Source: Candidatus Poribacteria bacterium (GTDB lineage: Bacteria > Poribacteria > WGA-4E > WGA-3G). From it: a DNA stretch of 64,000 bases. Numbering within the stretch: the first letter of the stretch is position 1; the number at the start of each line of letters is the position of its first letter. Shown piece by piece: positions 42,158 through 52,388 of this stretch. The notes beneath the pieces are model-generated. The model was given only the letters and a program-made list of their open reading frames with translations. It ran no database searches and was not told where the DNA came from. The stretch lies in contig CBDANF010000003.1 of assembly GCA_965197475.1 (NCBI GenBank), positions 1,856,001 through 1,920,000 of the forward strand. Direction: 5' to 3'. A program made the position numbers and the translations under genes.

Positions 42158-42261
42158 TGAAATATATCTCCTATACTGCTACTGTGTTCATTATAAATAA
42201 ATGTGGTTCATAATTATAGTTTGAAAAAGTAAGGATAATTGGTATCCTTTGATTAAACATA

Positions 42262-42742
42262 ACGTGAGTTTGATATATGGCACATTCTAAAAATATGCGG
42301 ACATTTTCGTAGGGGTTAGGTTGCCTAACCCCTATGGGCGAGGGGAGCTCGCCCCATTAGCGTCAATTTAGGGGTCCCCAACCCGGTAGGTGCGGTTTGC
42401 AACCGCACCGGAACTTATGGAATAAACCCTCTTTAGTCCCGTAGGGACGCAATGTTTATAGAAAACGTGGTACCCCCAATCTCTTCAGCCCCGTCCGGGC
42501 GGAATGTTTATAGCAATGGGTTACCAATCCGGATATGTCGCTCGAATGGAACTAAAGAGATGTGCCTAAACGAGGTACTATAAACATATTGTCCGGACGG
42601 GACTGAATATAAGACAGTTTCAATCCTCATGCATATTGAGGAGCGTTCATAAAAACACAGATATTTCTTAAATTGACGCCTATGGGCGAGGGGACCTCGC
42701 CCCTACGAGAAGCACGAAGTCTCGTTTTTACCAAACTCACGT
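42262..42742. mobile_element. IS982-like MITE containing a nested MITE and several REPs
   Basis: TIR ACGTGAGTTTG..CAAACTCACGT; TSD TAAACATA; inner IR GCGTCAATTTA..TAAATTGACGC; GTAG hairpins. Confidence 0.8.
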
Positions 42743-42770
42743 TAAACATAAACATCAAGGAAATCCAAAT

Positions 42771-43224
42771 GTGACTGCTTCCCACGCTAAAGCGTGAGGT
42801 TTCAACGTGCCGTGCTATTTCGGTTGGGTTCTTGGACAACTCTAAGGTTGCTTCCCGACTTTTGCGAAGTTTCGTCTGGCTTTTTCAGCGTCCAGAAACT
42901 TCATCGGGCGACACAACAGCAATATGTTGCGGGACCAGCCAACGTCCGACTACGGTATAAACAAATATTCTCACGGAATGGACCGATACTTTAGTGCTTT
43001 GGCGTTCTGTCTCTATCGCGGTTGTGTCCGTGTTGGTTTCCTCCACAATCTCTAAAATGCGATTTCAGAACTCATCACAAACAACTGGAGGATCATAACC
43101 TCCGACAACTCATAGGTCTGATTTGTGGTATTGTTGACTTTATCAACATCAACTCTGTCCAAGCAATTGGATTGGATAGGACATTAGCAAGGATGCTAAT
43201 GATTGCTTTCCTATCCAGTTGACA
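42771..43224 (-). ncRNA. Putative ~450-nt structured RNA inside the IS608-type element
   Basis: Promoter at 43230-43258; many stems with minus-strand G-U pairs; no ORF. Confidence 0.5.
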
Positions 43225-43229
43225 TATAT

Positions 43230-43258
43230 ATTATACCATATATCTTGAATGAAATCAA
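43230..43258 (-). promoter_or_regulatory. Sigma70-type promoter inside the element
   Basis: TTGATT-17-TATAAT with extended -10 TG. Confidence 0.65.
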
Positions 43259-43351
43259 CGATTTTTAGGGAGACGTTAGCGGTGTTTCATCCCCGCCTTA
43301 AAAGGCGAGACTTTCACACCGAATATTTGGTAATATCCTGACATAGATGAT

Positions 43352-43503
43352 TATACCAATTCTGATAAATAAAACACCATTACGGAGATTTTATAACATT
43401 TTGAAACTCATCTCATCTCTTGCTGAATGTCCGAGGCGCAATGAATTGCGCGACTACGAACGCTAATTTGGTAATGAGAAGTTTTCGTTCAGAAATGGTA
43501 TTA
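43352..43503. mobile_element. MITE (TATACC ends) with an internal REP
   Basis: TATACCAATTCTGA..TCAGAAATGGTATTA; same REP as 17813-17927. Confidence 0.65.
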
Positions 43504-43569
43504 CATATAAAAACCGTCTTTCAATAATATGATTTATGGACCACCCGCAAATTATTTGAGTAAGAAATT

Positions 43570-46500
43570 TTAATTGGTGTCAGACACTTCGTTAATATGC
43601 AAATCTTCATAAGGTTTTCCATCAGTATCAGTAACTCGCAGATAAAATCCACAGGTCTTTTCCTCATTGCAAACCTTGACAAGAATGGTGTTTTTGCCTG
43701 CTTTGAGAGTAACAGGAATTATGTCTCTATCAAGACTGATACTTTTATCCTGAGTATTTGCGAATATCTCTATACCATTTAGCCATATTTTACCTTGGTC
43801 GTCACTGTCAAAACGGAATTGCACCTTCCGTTCATCAGGAGAGGTTACAGTTGCCCATGCATAGGAAACACGCCAATTAGTGTCACTACCGAAATCAATG
43901 AAACCATTGAAAGTATCATCAGACAATTTTTTCCAACTTATCTGTTCATTCACACCTTCATATTGTCCAGTTAGGTCTATCTGCGTTGTGTCTTCGAGGA
44001 TGTATTCCGTATTGAATCCGACTCCTCCTGTGTTGTCAAATGGTCCGAGAGTTAGCCAAGCATTCTCAGCAATCATACCAGTTTGTTGCATCTGTTCCAT
44101 TGCTTTATCGTACATGTTGTTTTTACTATAATATTCAGCTAAACCGAGTTTGACAATTATTCGGTTAACATTTATCCGAAAACCTGAATATGTTGGTGGA
44201 ATGGAATTTGCCAACGTATCAAGCATTTTATAATAACGTCCTTTGTCGTTAACCCTATTTCCTGCGTCAGTGATTTTTCCCCAGAAATTATCAAATGAAT
44301 ACTCACTGGAAATGACACTGAAGGTATGTTTGTATAGTTTAAGTGCCTCATCATAAAGCCCATTGGCGATACATGCACGTCCAAGCATTTCAGGGAAGCC
44401 AGGGTCTGAATAACTATTTTTTATATATGCGCGTTTCGCTAATTTTAGTGCTGTTTCTGGAAAAAGTTCTTTATCAAGGAGCTCGTTAACAAAATAAAGA
44501 TATTGGTATGTACTCTGTTGTCTATTGAGAGCTTTCTGCCGAATTTGCAACCATTTGGCGTAAGCAATTTCAGCTTTGTCAGTATCACCTACTTTTTTAT
44601 AGAAGTCACCTAAAAGTTTGTGCAGGACAGCACTTTCATCCATTGTCGGTTTGATCTCTTCAAGGAAAGCGATGCGTTTGTTTTCTTGCCCTTCGTCAGC
44701 ATAAAGTGCGGAAATAGCACGCATTGCCGAATCGTGTTCACTCTGTTTAAGGGGCGCGTCCAACGCTTGACGATACGCCGCCTCCGCTTGTGAAGGCTGC
44801 ACGGCTTTTATATAGGTTTTTGCCAATAGGTCGTAGAGTTGGTATGAAGAAGGTTTAAGCTCAACCGCTATTTCGTAAGCCGATATCGACTTCGCTAAAT
44901 GTTCAGATTTCAAACTCTCAAAAATTGGACGGGTGTAAGGTTCAAGTTTGGCATTTCCGATGAGATTGCCATTGTTTTTGTTAGGCGAAGTATCAACGAT
45001 TTTGCCTTCCGTTTCTTCGTCAAATTTCCAATATCCGACTAAACCGGGTTCATCTCCATTCAACTGCTTGTTCATATCGGCACTTATCTCATCTTCAGTG
45101 CGTGCGATATTCCAGATACGCACCTCATCAATTTGTCCGATAAAAGAGGTGGTTTGCACCTGGTCTTTGATATGAGTAACTCCTATACGCAGTGGAAGAC
45201 GACATTTAACGAAACGATCTTTTCCATTATAGTGTCTATGACCAAATTCATGCCCATTAACGAAAATCTTCATGTAATCCTTCTTCGCATCGATGACACC
45301 GGCAATGTGAGTCCATGTGTTTAATTTTATGAGACCCGGCGGAGAATAAAGGGATGCATACCCTCCATCTTCAGGTGACGAAGAAATTTTGAGTTTCCCA
45401 TCCGACCTAATAACAAGGATGTAACTTCGTTGCCTATAATTTTGTTTTTGCTCATCACTTCTGAAGACAATACGTACATAATTATTTGGGAAACTGGTTG
45501 GTTTTATCCAAGCAGACACCGTCACTTGATCCGTAATGTTGTTTAGAGACTCGCTGTCACCGATTTCAACGAAACTCCCATTTCCACTAAGTGTAAGCGC
45601 AGTGCCTTCAACTACTTCACCTGTTTCACGTCTCTCTGGCGGTATATTTTGATAGAGGTCACCAAGTTTTTTGTACCACTGCAAGTCTTCTGGCTCAAGT
45701 TCGGCGAGTCTTTCATATTGCGCAATCGCTTCTTTAATTTTGTCGGTGGCTTCGTAACTTTCGGCAAGTTTCAAGATGGGTTTGGGATCGTTAGGATTCT
45801 CCTCAACCTTCTTCAATTGTTCTGGTATCCACTTTTCATAAAGTTTTCCGACTTTGGCGATTTTCTTCATTTCAGTTTTTGCTCTTCCTCGCTCGTAGTT
45901 ATCGTCAGCAACGTTTGCCATCTGCTGATATGCCGTAAAAGCCTCTTCATAGCGTTTTGCGCCGTGGTAACTTTTCGCAAGAATCGCATAAAAATACTCC
46001 AATCCCCAACTGTTATCTTTACTCTCCTTTTTAGTGACAGCGTTATCAGCGAGTTTAATAGCCGGGTCATACATTTCACTTTCAAGACAGATTGTGGCAA
46101 TTGCCCCGAGGAATGACGAGTCTCGTTTAAATTTGCTGGATGCAAGTGCTGTATCGGCTTCGTTCAATACCGCTTTCACCATGTCAGACTGGTTACTTTT
46201 ATGGAAGGCAGCAGCAGCATAGTAAAAGCTGCGAATATTGCTCGGTTCTGCTTTGCTAAGCATGCGGTATGCTTCAGCAGCTTTTTGATAATCGCTGGCT
46301 TCCCAATAAATCTCAGCGAGTATTTCAATGATAGCAGGATTGTCAGCATCTTTTTCAAGTTTACCTTCAAAAAGGGTTCTCAATACCTCAAGTTCTCCTT
46401 GACTTTTATAGGCATTTATCAAAGTTTTACGTGTGTCATCGCTACCGAAATCGAATGTAATACCGGATGAACCGAAAGACGTTGAGACGTGTTCTGATCT

Positions 46501-47427
46501 GGATTGCTTTGATGCTTCAGCCACGTAGGATTCTAATACTAAGTCTCTCCTGCCTTGTTTGATGTGAACCGCGATCAATTCTTCAGCCACAAAATTTCGC
46601 TCATAAGGATCAGGGGCCATTTCGAGTGCTTTCTTAAAGGCATCAGCAGATTTTTTCAATTCGCTAGTATTGAGAAAGTGTCGTGCACGTTCTTTTTGCA
46701 TCTCGAATGTGATTGTGCCATCATCTGCAGCCTTTTGTAACATCTCTTCTAAATTCCCCTGATAACGATAGAGGTTGACCAATTGCTGTTCAATACTTTG
46801 CCGATCCCATTCTGATGTGGTGTGTAGAATGGCGTTCTTCAATGCTTTTTCAGCACCATCTATGTCCTCATTGACAAAATAAAATTCTGTGAGTTTGAGA
46901 TACGTTTGTTCATCGCCGTATGCTAATTCAATTGCTTTTTCATAGTTAGCGATGGCGGCATTTACGTTATCTTCGTCGGCATAAAGTTTGGCGAGCCGTG
47001 CGTAATGGACACCAACTTCCGGCTGCGTTTGGGTATATGCTTGCGCGAGTTCGAATGCCTCGTTACGTTTGCCGGCAGCTTGTAAACTATTAACGAGTTT
47101 ATCTTGATACTTAATGTTTTCTGGGTCAGTTTCAAGTAGTTCGCTCCAGATTTGAGAAGCTTTTTCGTGCTGATTTATGCGTGAGTAGAGTGTTGCAAGT
47201 CGCACACGATATTCAAAATCTTCAGGTAGTGCTTTGACAATTCGTTCGTAGATTTCTATTGCTTTCTCTATTTGGTTTTGCTTCACGAATTCCTCTGCTT
47301 TTTTGACGAATTCTTGTACCATCACACGCTTTTCTTCGGTGTTTTGGGCTTTAAGTCCTGCCATGAAAGTACCCACTGTGATTAACATTAAAATGACTAA
47401 GAAGAAATACAATTTTGATCGTGACAT
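43570..47427 (-). CDS. Secreted TPR-repeat + LamG protein with an extra C-terminal beta domain
   Basis: Paralog of 38924-42157; C-terminal WLTLGPFDN..DSDDQGKIWLNG..LKAGKNTILVKV. Confidence 0.9.
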   Translation of the reverse strand: MSRSKLYFFLVILMLITVGTFMAGLKAQNTEEKRVMVQEFVKKAEEFVKQNQIEKAIEIYERIVKALPEDFEYRVRLATLYSRINQHEKASQIWSELLETDPENIKYQDKLVNSLQAAGKRNEAFELAQAYTQTQPEVGVHYARLAKLYADEDNVNAAIANYEKAIELAYGDEQTYLKLTEFYFVNEDIDGAEKALKNAILHTTSEWDRQSIEQQLVNLYRYQGNLEEMLQKAADDGTITFEMQKERARHFLNTSELKKSADAFKKALEMAPDPYERNFVAEELIAVHIKQGRRDLVLESYVAEASKQSRSEHVSTSFGSSGITFDFGSDDTRKTLINAYKSQGELEVLRTLFEGKLEKDADNPAIIEILAEIYWEASDYQKAAEAYRMLSKAEPSNIRSFYYAAAAFHKSNQSDMVKAVLNEADTALASSKFKRDSSFLGAIATICLESEMYDPAIKLADNAVTKKESKDNSWGLEYFYAILAKSYHGAKRYEEAFTAYQQMANVADDNYERGRAKTEMKKIAKVGKLYEKWIPEQLKKVEENPNDPKPILKLAESYEATDKIKEAIAQYERLAELEPEDLQWYKKLGDLYQNIPPERRETGEVVEGTALTLSGNGSFVEIGDSESLNNITDQVTVSAWIKPTSFPNNYVRIVFRSDEQKQNYRQRSYILVIRSDGKLKISSSPEDGGYASLYSPPGLIKLNTWTHIAGVIDAKKDYMKIFVNGHEFGHRHYNGKDRFVKCRLPLRIGVTHIKDQVQTTSFIGQIDEVRIWNIARTEDEISADMNKQLNGDEPGLVGYWKFDEETEGKIVDTSPNKNNGNLIGNAKLEPYTRPIFESLKSEHLAKSISAYEIAVELKPSSYQLYDLLAKTYIKAVQPSQAEAAYRQALDAPLKQSEHDSAMRAISALYADEGQENKRIAFLEEIKPTMDESAVLHKLLGDFYKKVGDTDKAEIAYAKWLQIRQKALNRQQSTYQYLYFVNELLDKELFPETALKLAKRAYIKNSYSDPGFPEMLGRACIANGLYDEALKLYKHTFSVISSEYSFDNFWGKITDAGNRVNDKGRYYKMLDTLANSIPPTYSGFRINVNRIIVKLGLAEYYSKNNMYDKAMEQMQQTGMIAENAWLTLGPFDNTGGVGFNTEYILEDTTQIDLTGQYEGVNEQISWKKLSDDTFNGFIDFGSDTNWRVSYAWATVTSPDERKVQFRFDSDDQGKIWLNGIEIFANTQDKSISLDRDIIPVTLKAGKNTILVKVCNEEKTCGFYLRVTDTDGKPYEDLHINEVSDTN

Positions 47428-47512
47428 TGAAATATACCGCCTATTAAGGTTATAGTTATATCTTTGATCTTTTCCACTACGTCTTTCGGTTTTCATTTTT
47501 CTGTCTGTTGTT

Positions 47513-49582
47513 CTATTTCTCGGCAGGGCCCTGTTCTTTCAGCTCTGATATTTGGTCTCGCAATGTCGCTGCCAGTTCAAAATCAAGTTCAACAGAAGCT
47601 TTGTTCATCTGCCGTGTTAAGTCTACAATTATTGTTTCAATATCTTCTATACCAGTGACTTTCTCAATGATGGAGACAGTTTTTTCGGTTTTTTCAGATT
47701 TTTTCGTTACATATTCCTCAGTTGATTCAGAGATGAGTTGCTCAATTGCTTTTTGAATTGTTGCAGGCGTGATGTTATTATCTTCATTGTATTTCACCTG
47801 TATATCACGGCGACGTTGTGTTTCTGCGATTGCATTTGCCATTGCATCGGTTATGGTATCGCCGTATAACAGGACTTCACCATCAACGTTACGCGCAGCA
47901 CGACCGGAAGTTTGCACTAATGAGGTAACAGATCGGAGGAAACCGGGACGATCAGCATCCAGAATTGCAACGAGTGAGACTTCTGGTAAATCAAGCCCCT
48001 CACGTAGTAGGTTTATACCGATGAGTACATCAAATTCACCTTCGCGGAGTTGTCGTAGGATACGCGCACGGTCAAAAACATCAATTTCAGAATGCATGTA
48101 GTTCGCGCGGAGACCTGCCTCAATGAAATATTCGCTTAAATCCTCTGCCATCCGTTTTGTGAGAGTTGTGACAAGAACTCGCTGCTTCTGCTGAACCCGT
48201 TCTCTGATTTTACCTATAAGATGGTCAATTTGTCCACGCACTGGATGGACACTAATTTGAGGGTCAATTAATCCGGTAGGACGAATGATCTGCTCGACGA
48301 TTTGTCCTCCTTTTTTCTCTGCTATCTCATATTTGCCGGGTGTAGCCGAAACAAATATTACTTGTCTTAGGTAAGCCTCTACTTCCTCAAATTGTAGCGG
48401 GCGATTGTCTAATGCTGACAGCAAACGGAATCCGTAATCAACGAGTGTTAGTTTTCTCGTTCTGTCCCCTCGGTACATCCCTTTCAATTGTGGGATTGTC
48501 ACATGTGATTCATCAATGAATAGGAAAAAATCCTCTGGAAAGTAGTTAAGAAGGCAGTATGGGGGTTCGCCAGGCTGTAATCCGGATAGATGTCGAGAAT
48601 AGTTTTCAATTCCTGAGCAATATCCTACCTCGCGTAGCATCTCCAAATCAAAGCGAGTTCGTTGTTCAATACGTTGTGCTTCCAGCAATTTGTTTTCTTT
48701 CTCGTATGTGGCAATCCGTTCATGGAGTTCAAGTTCAATGTTTATGAGAGCTTCTTCAAAGATGTCGGCATCTGTCATAAAATGTTTTGCAGGGTAGATT
48801 TCAAGTGTGTCTTGTTTACTCAGTATTTCACCGGTAGTTGTGTCAATTTCACAAATTCTATCAACCTCATCTCCAAAAAGCTCAATACGGAATGCGCTTT
48901 CGCTATATGCTGGAAATACTTCAACCACATCACCTCGAACACGGAACGTGCCTTGCCAAAAATCGACATCGTTGCGGACATACTGAATATCCACCAAGGA
49001 GCGTAGGAATTCATCACGACGGATAGTTTTTCCAATTTCTAAATCAACTTTCTGACCTTCAAATTCGCGGGGTGATCCAAGACCGTAGAGGCATGAAACA
49101 CTGGCAACAATGATAACGTCACGCCGTGACATTAAGGAAGCAGTTGACGCAAGCCGCATCCGCGTGATTTCCTCGTTTATCCGTACATCTTTCTCAATAA
49201 AAGTGTCCGTTGAGGGAATATATGCCTCTGGTTGGTAGTATTCGTAATCGCTCACGAAATAATGCACGGCGTTGTTCGGGAAAAAGGATTTGAACTCACT
49301 GTAGAGTTGTGCGGAAAGAGTTTTATTTGGAGAGATTACGAGCGTTGGGCGTTGGATATTTTGAATCACGTTTGCCATCGTATAAGTCTTACCTGAGCCA
49401 GTAACGCCCAATAGCGTTTGTGCTCTATCGCCGCGTAGGATTCCGTTAGTCAATTTGTCAATTGCTTGCGGTTGATCTCCCTGCGGGTCGAAATCCGAGA
49501 CCAGCTGAAATGGTTTTGATGGTGTTCCTGGGTCTACATTGATAGGAGAAATTGATGGTCGCGCGTCGAAATGCTCTCTCAT
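47513..49582 (-). CDS. uvrB: Excinuclease ABC subunit B
   Basis: GVTGSGKT, YYQPEAY, DESH, LREGLDLPEVSLVAILDAD, GRAARN. Confidence 0.98.
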   Translation of the reverse strand: MREHFDARPSISPINVDPGTPSKPFQLVSDFDPQGDQPQAIDKLTNGILRGDRAQTLLGVTGSGKTYTMANVIQNIQRPTLVISPNKTLSAQLYSEFKSFFPNNAVHYFVSDYEYYQPEAYIPSTDTFIEKDVRINEEITRMRLASTASLMSRRDVIIVASVSCLYGLGSPREFEGQKVDLEIGKTIRRDEFLRSLVDIQYVRNDVDFWQGTFRVRGDVVEVFPAYSESAFRIELFGDEVDRICEIDTTTGEILSKQDTLEIYPAKHFMTDADIFEEALINIELELHERIATYEKENKLLEAQRIEQRTRFDLEMLREVGYCSGIENYSRHLSGLQPGEPPYCLLNYFPEDFFLFIDESHVTIPQLKGMYRGDRTRKLTLVDYGFRLLSALDNRPLQFEEVEAYLRQVIFVSATPGKYEIAEKKGGQIVEQIIRPTGLIDPQISVHPVRGQIDHLIGKIRERVQQKQRVLVTTLTKRMAEDLSEYFIEAGLRANYMHSEIDVFDRARILRQLREGEFDVLIGINLLREGLDLPEVSLVAILDADRPGFLRSVTSLVQTSGRAARNVDGEVLLYGDTITDAMANAIAETQRRRDIQVKYNEDNNITPATIQKAIEQLISESTEEYVTKKSEKTEKTVSIIEKVTGIEDIETIIVDLTRQMNKASVELDFELAATLRDQISELKEQGPAEK

Positions 49583-49803
49583 TTCTGCTCCTTAAAGTCC
49601 AATGTTAGTGAATAGTCGTTTTCATGTTTGTATCTAACTGCTTTGAGATTGTGCCTTTTAGTATAGCACGTTTTTCTTAAAATTTGTAGGGAGAGAGTCT
49701 ATTTAGGGTGTGTAAATATTTGTCAGTTGGCGTAAAAGTAAAGTGTTCGGTTTAACTTTATTCAACCCAACTATAAACTAAAATGCAGGAAGGCATTGCC
49801 ACA

Positions 49804-52344
49804 CTAATGCTGATCGCAAATTCTTGTAGGTGCCTGTCCCTTACTAAAAGGTTCGTTGCTAATGTTTTCATCAGGACATTTGTCTTTATTTCTTAGTAGA
49901 CCTGTCATTTTATCAATTTCCCAGAATTCAATTTCTTCTGGCACAAGGAATTCCTTTTCTGGGCCGCGGGCTGCTTCATCTATAAAGCGCGCCCAGATTG
50001 GCAGCGCAGCCCATGCTCCTTGCTGGTTATAGTTTTTCAGCTTGCGCCCCTGTCTATCAAGTCCGACCCAAACGCCAACAATCAAGTCCGTGGTATACCC
50101 TACAAACCAAGCATCTACATTTTTGTTGGTGGTGCCTGTTTTACCAGCTATTGGTCGAGTTATTTTATAATCATGATTTATTGATATAGCACGATGTCCC
50201 GTTCCTTGTTTAATAACGCTTTCCAAAAACGAAGTAATCTGGTACGCAACCTTTTCATCTATTACACGGGTTCGGTCTGGCTGATAGTCTCTAGATGGGT
50301 AGATCGGCGATCCATTTTGATCGGTTATATACTCAATGTAACTTGGTTCTACTTTAATACCGCGATTGGCGAATATCCCATAAGCAGAAGTTAATTCAAG
50401 TGTCGTCATACCAAAAGCACCCAAGGTGAGTGCTGGTTTTGCTGGATCCATAGATGTTGAAATACCCATCTTTTTGGCAAGTTCCACGGTCCTAACTATC
50501 CCCTCCTTATAACCGTTCTTGGTTTCTGGTGTTTCCCAAGCTACTCTCGCAGTAGGAACGTTAATAGATTTAGCAAGTATTTGCCTTACTGTGACTGGTC
50601 CATAGTGCTTACCTTCAGTATAGTTGTCAGGTGCCCACCATTGCCCGGGTATATGCTCAATCTCCCAAGGTTCATCAACTATGATTGATGCTGGTTTTAT
50701 TAGGGCAGGTTCCTGCATAAGCGCAGCGAAGACAATCGGTTTAAATGCTGATCCCGGTTGTCGTTTTGATTTTCCTACTGCACGGTTTAGGAAATTGTGA
50801 TTTTTCATTGCCGCGATATGAGGATTCCTACCGTCAATACGATAGTCGCGTCCTCCTACCATCGCTTTTACATGTCCAGTCCGTGGTTGAAATGCAATGA
50901 GTGCTGCCTGCAAATAATTATTTTTGGGGTGAATGCCGTGTGGATTGTCTTTATTTGCTTCATAGTCTGGCAGGTGTGTCCCATATTTTCTATCCAAATA
51001 TCGTAAGTGATCTGCAACAGCATCCATCGCCACAGATTGCATCGACATATCTATTGTCGTGTAGACCTTCAGTCCTTCGTTATACAAAATATTTTTAAGT
51101 TCAGGCATACCTTCAAGTTGAGATGTTATATGTTCTAAAAAATGTCCTGCGGTATTCTGTTTCGCTTTCACAGAAGTATTTGATGGCTTTTGCACTTGTA
51201 TCGGTTGAGCCAGATTCTCATTATACTCTTTGAGATTAATAAATCCTTGATTGTACATAGCCCTGAGTACCACATTGCGGCGATACATAGAATTTTCAGG
51301 ATTTTTAACTGGTGAATAAAGAGTTGTACCTTTTGGAATACCTGCAAGTAAGGCACATTCATGGAATTCAAGTTCAGGCACCTCTTTTCCAAAAAATGCC
51401 ATAGCAGCCTTCTGAACTCCAAAAAGTTGCTGCGCCCCAAATCGTCCGAAGTCGATATAGTTGAGGTATGCTTCCAGAATTTGTGACTTTGATAACTGTT
51501 TCTCGATTCTGAAAGCAAGCAAGATTTCACGAGTTTTTCTGGCAGGAGTTCGTTCCGTTCCCAAGTATATATTCCGCGTTAGCTGCTGTGTCAGTGTGCT
51601 TGTTGCACCAATTCGGTCGCCGCCTCTAAGAGCATCCTTAATCGCCCCTACAAGTCGGATAATATCAATTCCGGAATGCTGATAAAATCGGCGGTCCTCA
51701 ATAGCAATAAACGCATCAACCAATTTTTTAGGCATTTCAACGAGGGGAATAATTTTGCGTGTTGTTCCGTCATCATCTCCGATAGGTCCGCTAGGTTCAG
51801 CGATTAGTTCCGGTTCAAGGTAAAAATTGCGAATTGCGTTTCCTTCTTCGGTGTGAATAGATTCAATTTTTCCGTTTTTTACAGAGAGACGAACGCGTTT
51901 TGCGTCCGTTTCTCCTTCCATAAATGGATATTCAAATTGCCGAAGAAAAATCCGAATTGTCCCACTCTGTTTATCTTTTTCTCCACTCAGTTGCAATAAA
52001 TATTGACCGGGAGAGTTAATGCCTTTCCTTCCTGGCATAATTTCTTCATAATCCAAGCGATGTGGTTGTAGTTTATCTATCAAAAAAACGGCAGTATCTT
52101 TGAGCTGCACTTCGCAAATTGATGAATATACCTCAAGATGCTGCCGCCAAGTTTGTGTATCTTTTTTATATTCTAAGTCTTCAAGATCAAGTGCTGCCAC
52201 ATCTTCCCAACACCCCAGCATAAACCCACCTGCAACACCGATACCGAAACAGATTACGAAAAATACAAGGATTATACCAGCGAAGATTAGGCTTAGAATC
52301 ACTTGGAAGGAATTAGACAAAAAGCGGCGCATTTTAGTCTCCAA
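49804..52344 (-). CDS. Class A penicillin-binding protein (transglycosylase/transpeptidase)
   Basis: EDRRF, STLTQQL, RKTRE, SAFK, SIN, KTG. Confidence 0.95.
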   Translation of the reverse strand: METKMRRFLSNSFQVILSLIFAGIILVFFVICFGIGVAGGFMLGCWEDVAALDLEDLEYKKDTQTWRQHLEVYSSICEVQLKDTAVFLIDKLQPHRLDYEEIMPGRKGINSPGQYLLQLSGEKDKQSGTIRIFLRQFEYPFMEGETDAKRVRLSVKNGKIESIHTEEGNAIRNFYLEPELIAEPSGPIGDDDGTTRKIIPLVEMPKKLVDAFIAIEDRRFYQHSGIDIIRLVGAIKDALRGGDRIGATSTLTQQLTRNIYLGTERTPARKTREILLAFRIEKQLSKSQILEAYLNYIDFGRFGAQQLFGVQKAAMAFFGKEVPELEFHECALLAGIPKGTTLYSPVKNPENSMYRRNVVLRAMYNQGFINLKEYNENLAQPIQVQKPSNTSVKAKQNTAGHFLEHITSQLEGMPELKNILYNEGLKVYTTIDMSMQSVAMDAVADHLRYLDRKYGTHLPDYEANKDNPHGIHPKNNYLQAALIAFQPRTGHVKAMVGGRDYRIDGRNPHIAAMKNHNFLNRAVGKSKRQPGSAFKPIVFAALMQEPALIKPASIIVDEPWEIEHIPGQWWAPDNYTEGKHYGPVTVRQILAKSINVPTARVAWETPETKNGYKEGIVRTVELAKKMGISTSMDPAKPALTLGAFGMTTLELTSAYGIFANRGIKVEPSYIEYITDQNGSPIYPSRDYQPDRTRVIDEKVAYQITSFLESVIKQGTGHRAISINHDYKITRPIAGKTGTTNKNVDAWFVGYTTDLIVGVWVGLDRQGRKLKNYNQQGAWAALPIWARFIDEAARGPEKEFLVPEEIEFWEIDKMTGLLRNKDKCPDENISNEPFSKGQAPTRICDQH

Positions 52345-52388
52345 TGTGTATTATTTGAAGGTAAGATAAAACTTTTCTAACTTCTGCC

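Larger units (their letters stand above)
42771..43329 (-). mobile_element. Non-autonomous IS200/IS605 (IS608-type) element without an ORF
   Basis: TTAC|CAAATATTCGGTGTG-AAAG-hairpin left end; GAAA-hairpin-AGCAG-TCAC right end. Confidence 0.82.

Noticed and set aside
42940-43030. Group I intron (IStron) core: GATAGAGACAGAACG and GTAGTCGG resemble the R and S elements
   Set aside because: The P7 pairing does not form (GACAG versus TAGTC) and P/Q were not found; left for an Infernal test
42627-43222. Short ORFs of 66-70 aa in the TPR intergenic region
   Set aside because: No motifs or clear RBS; they cross MITE or IS ends or lie antisense to the structured RNA
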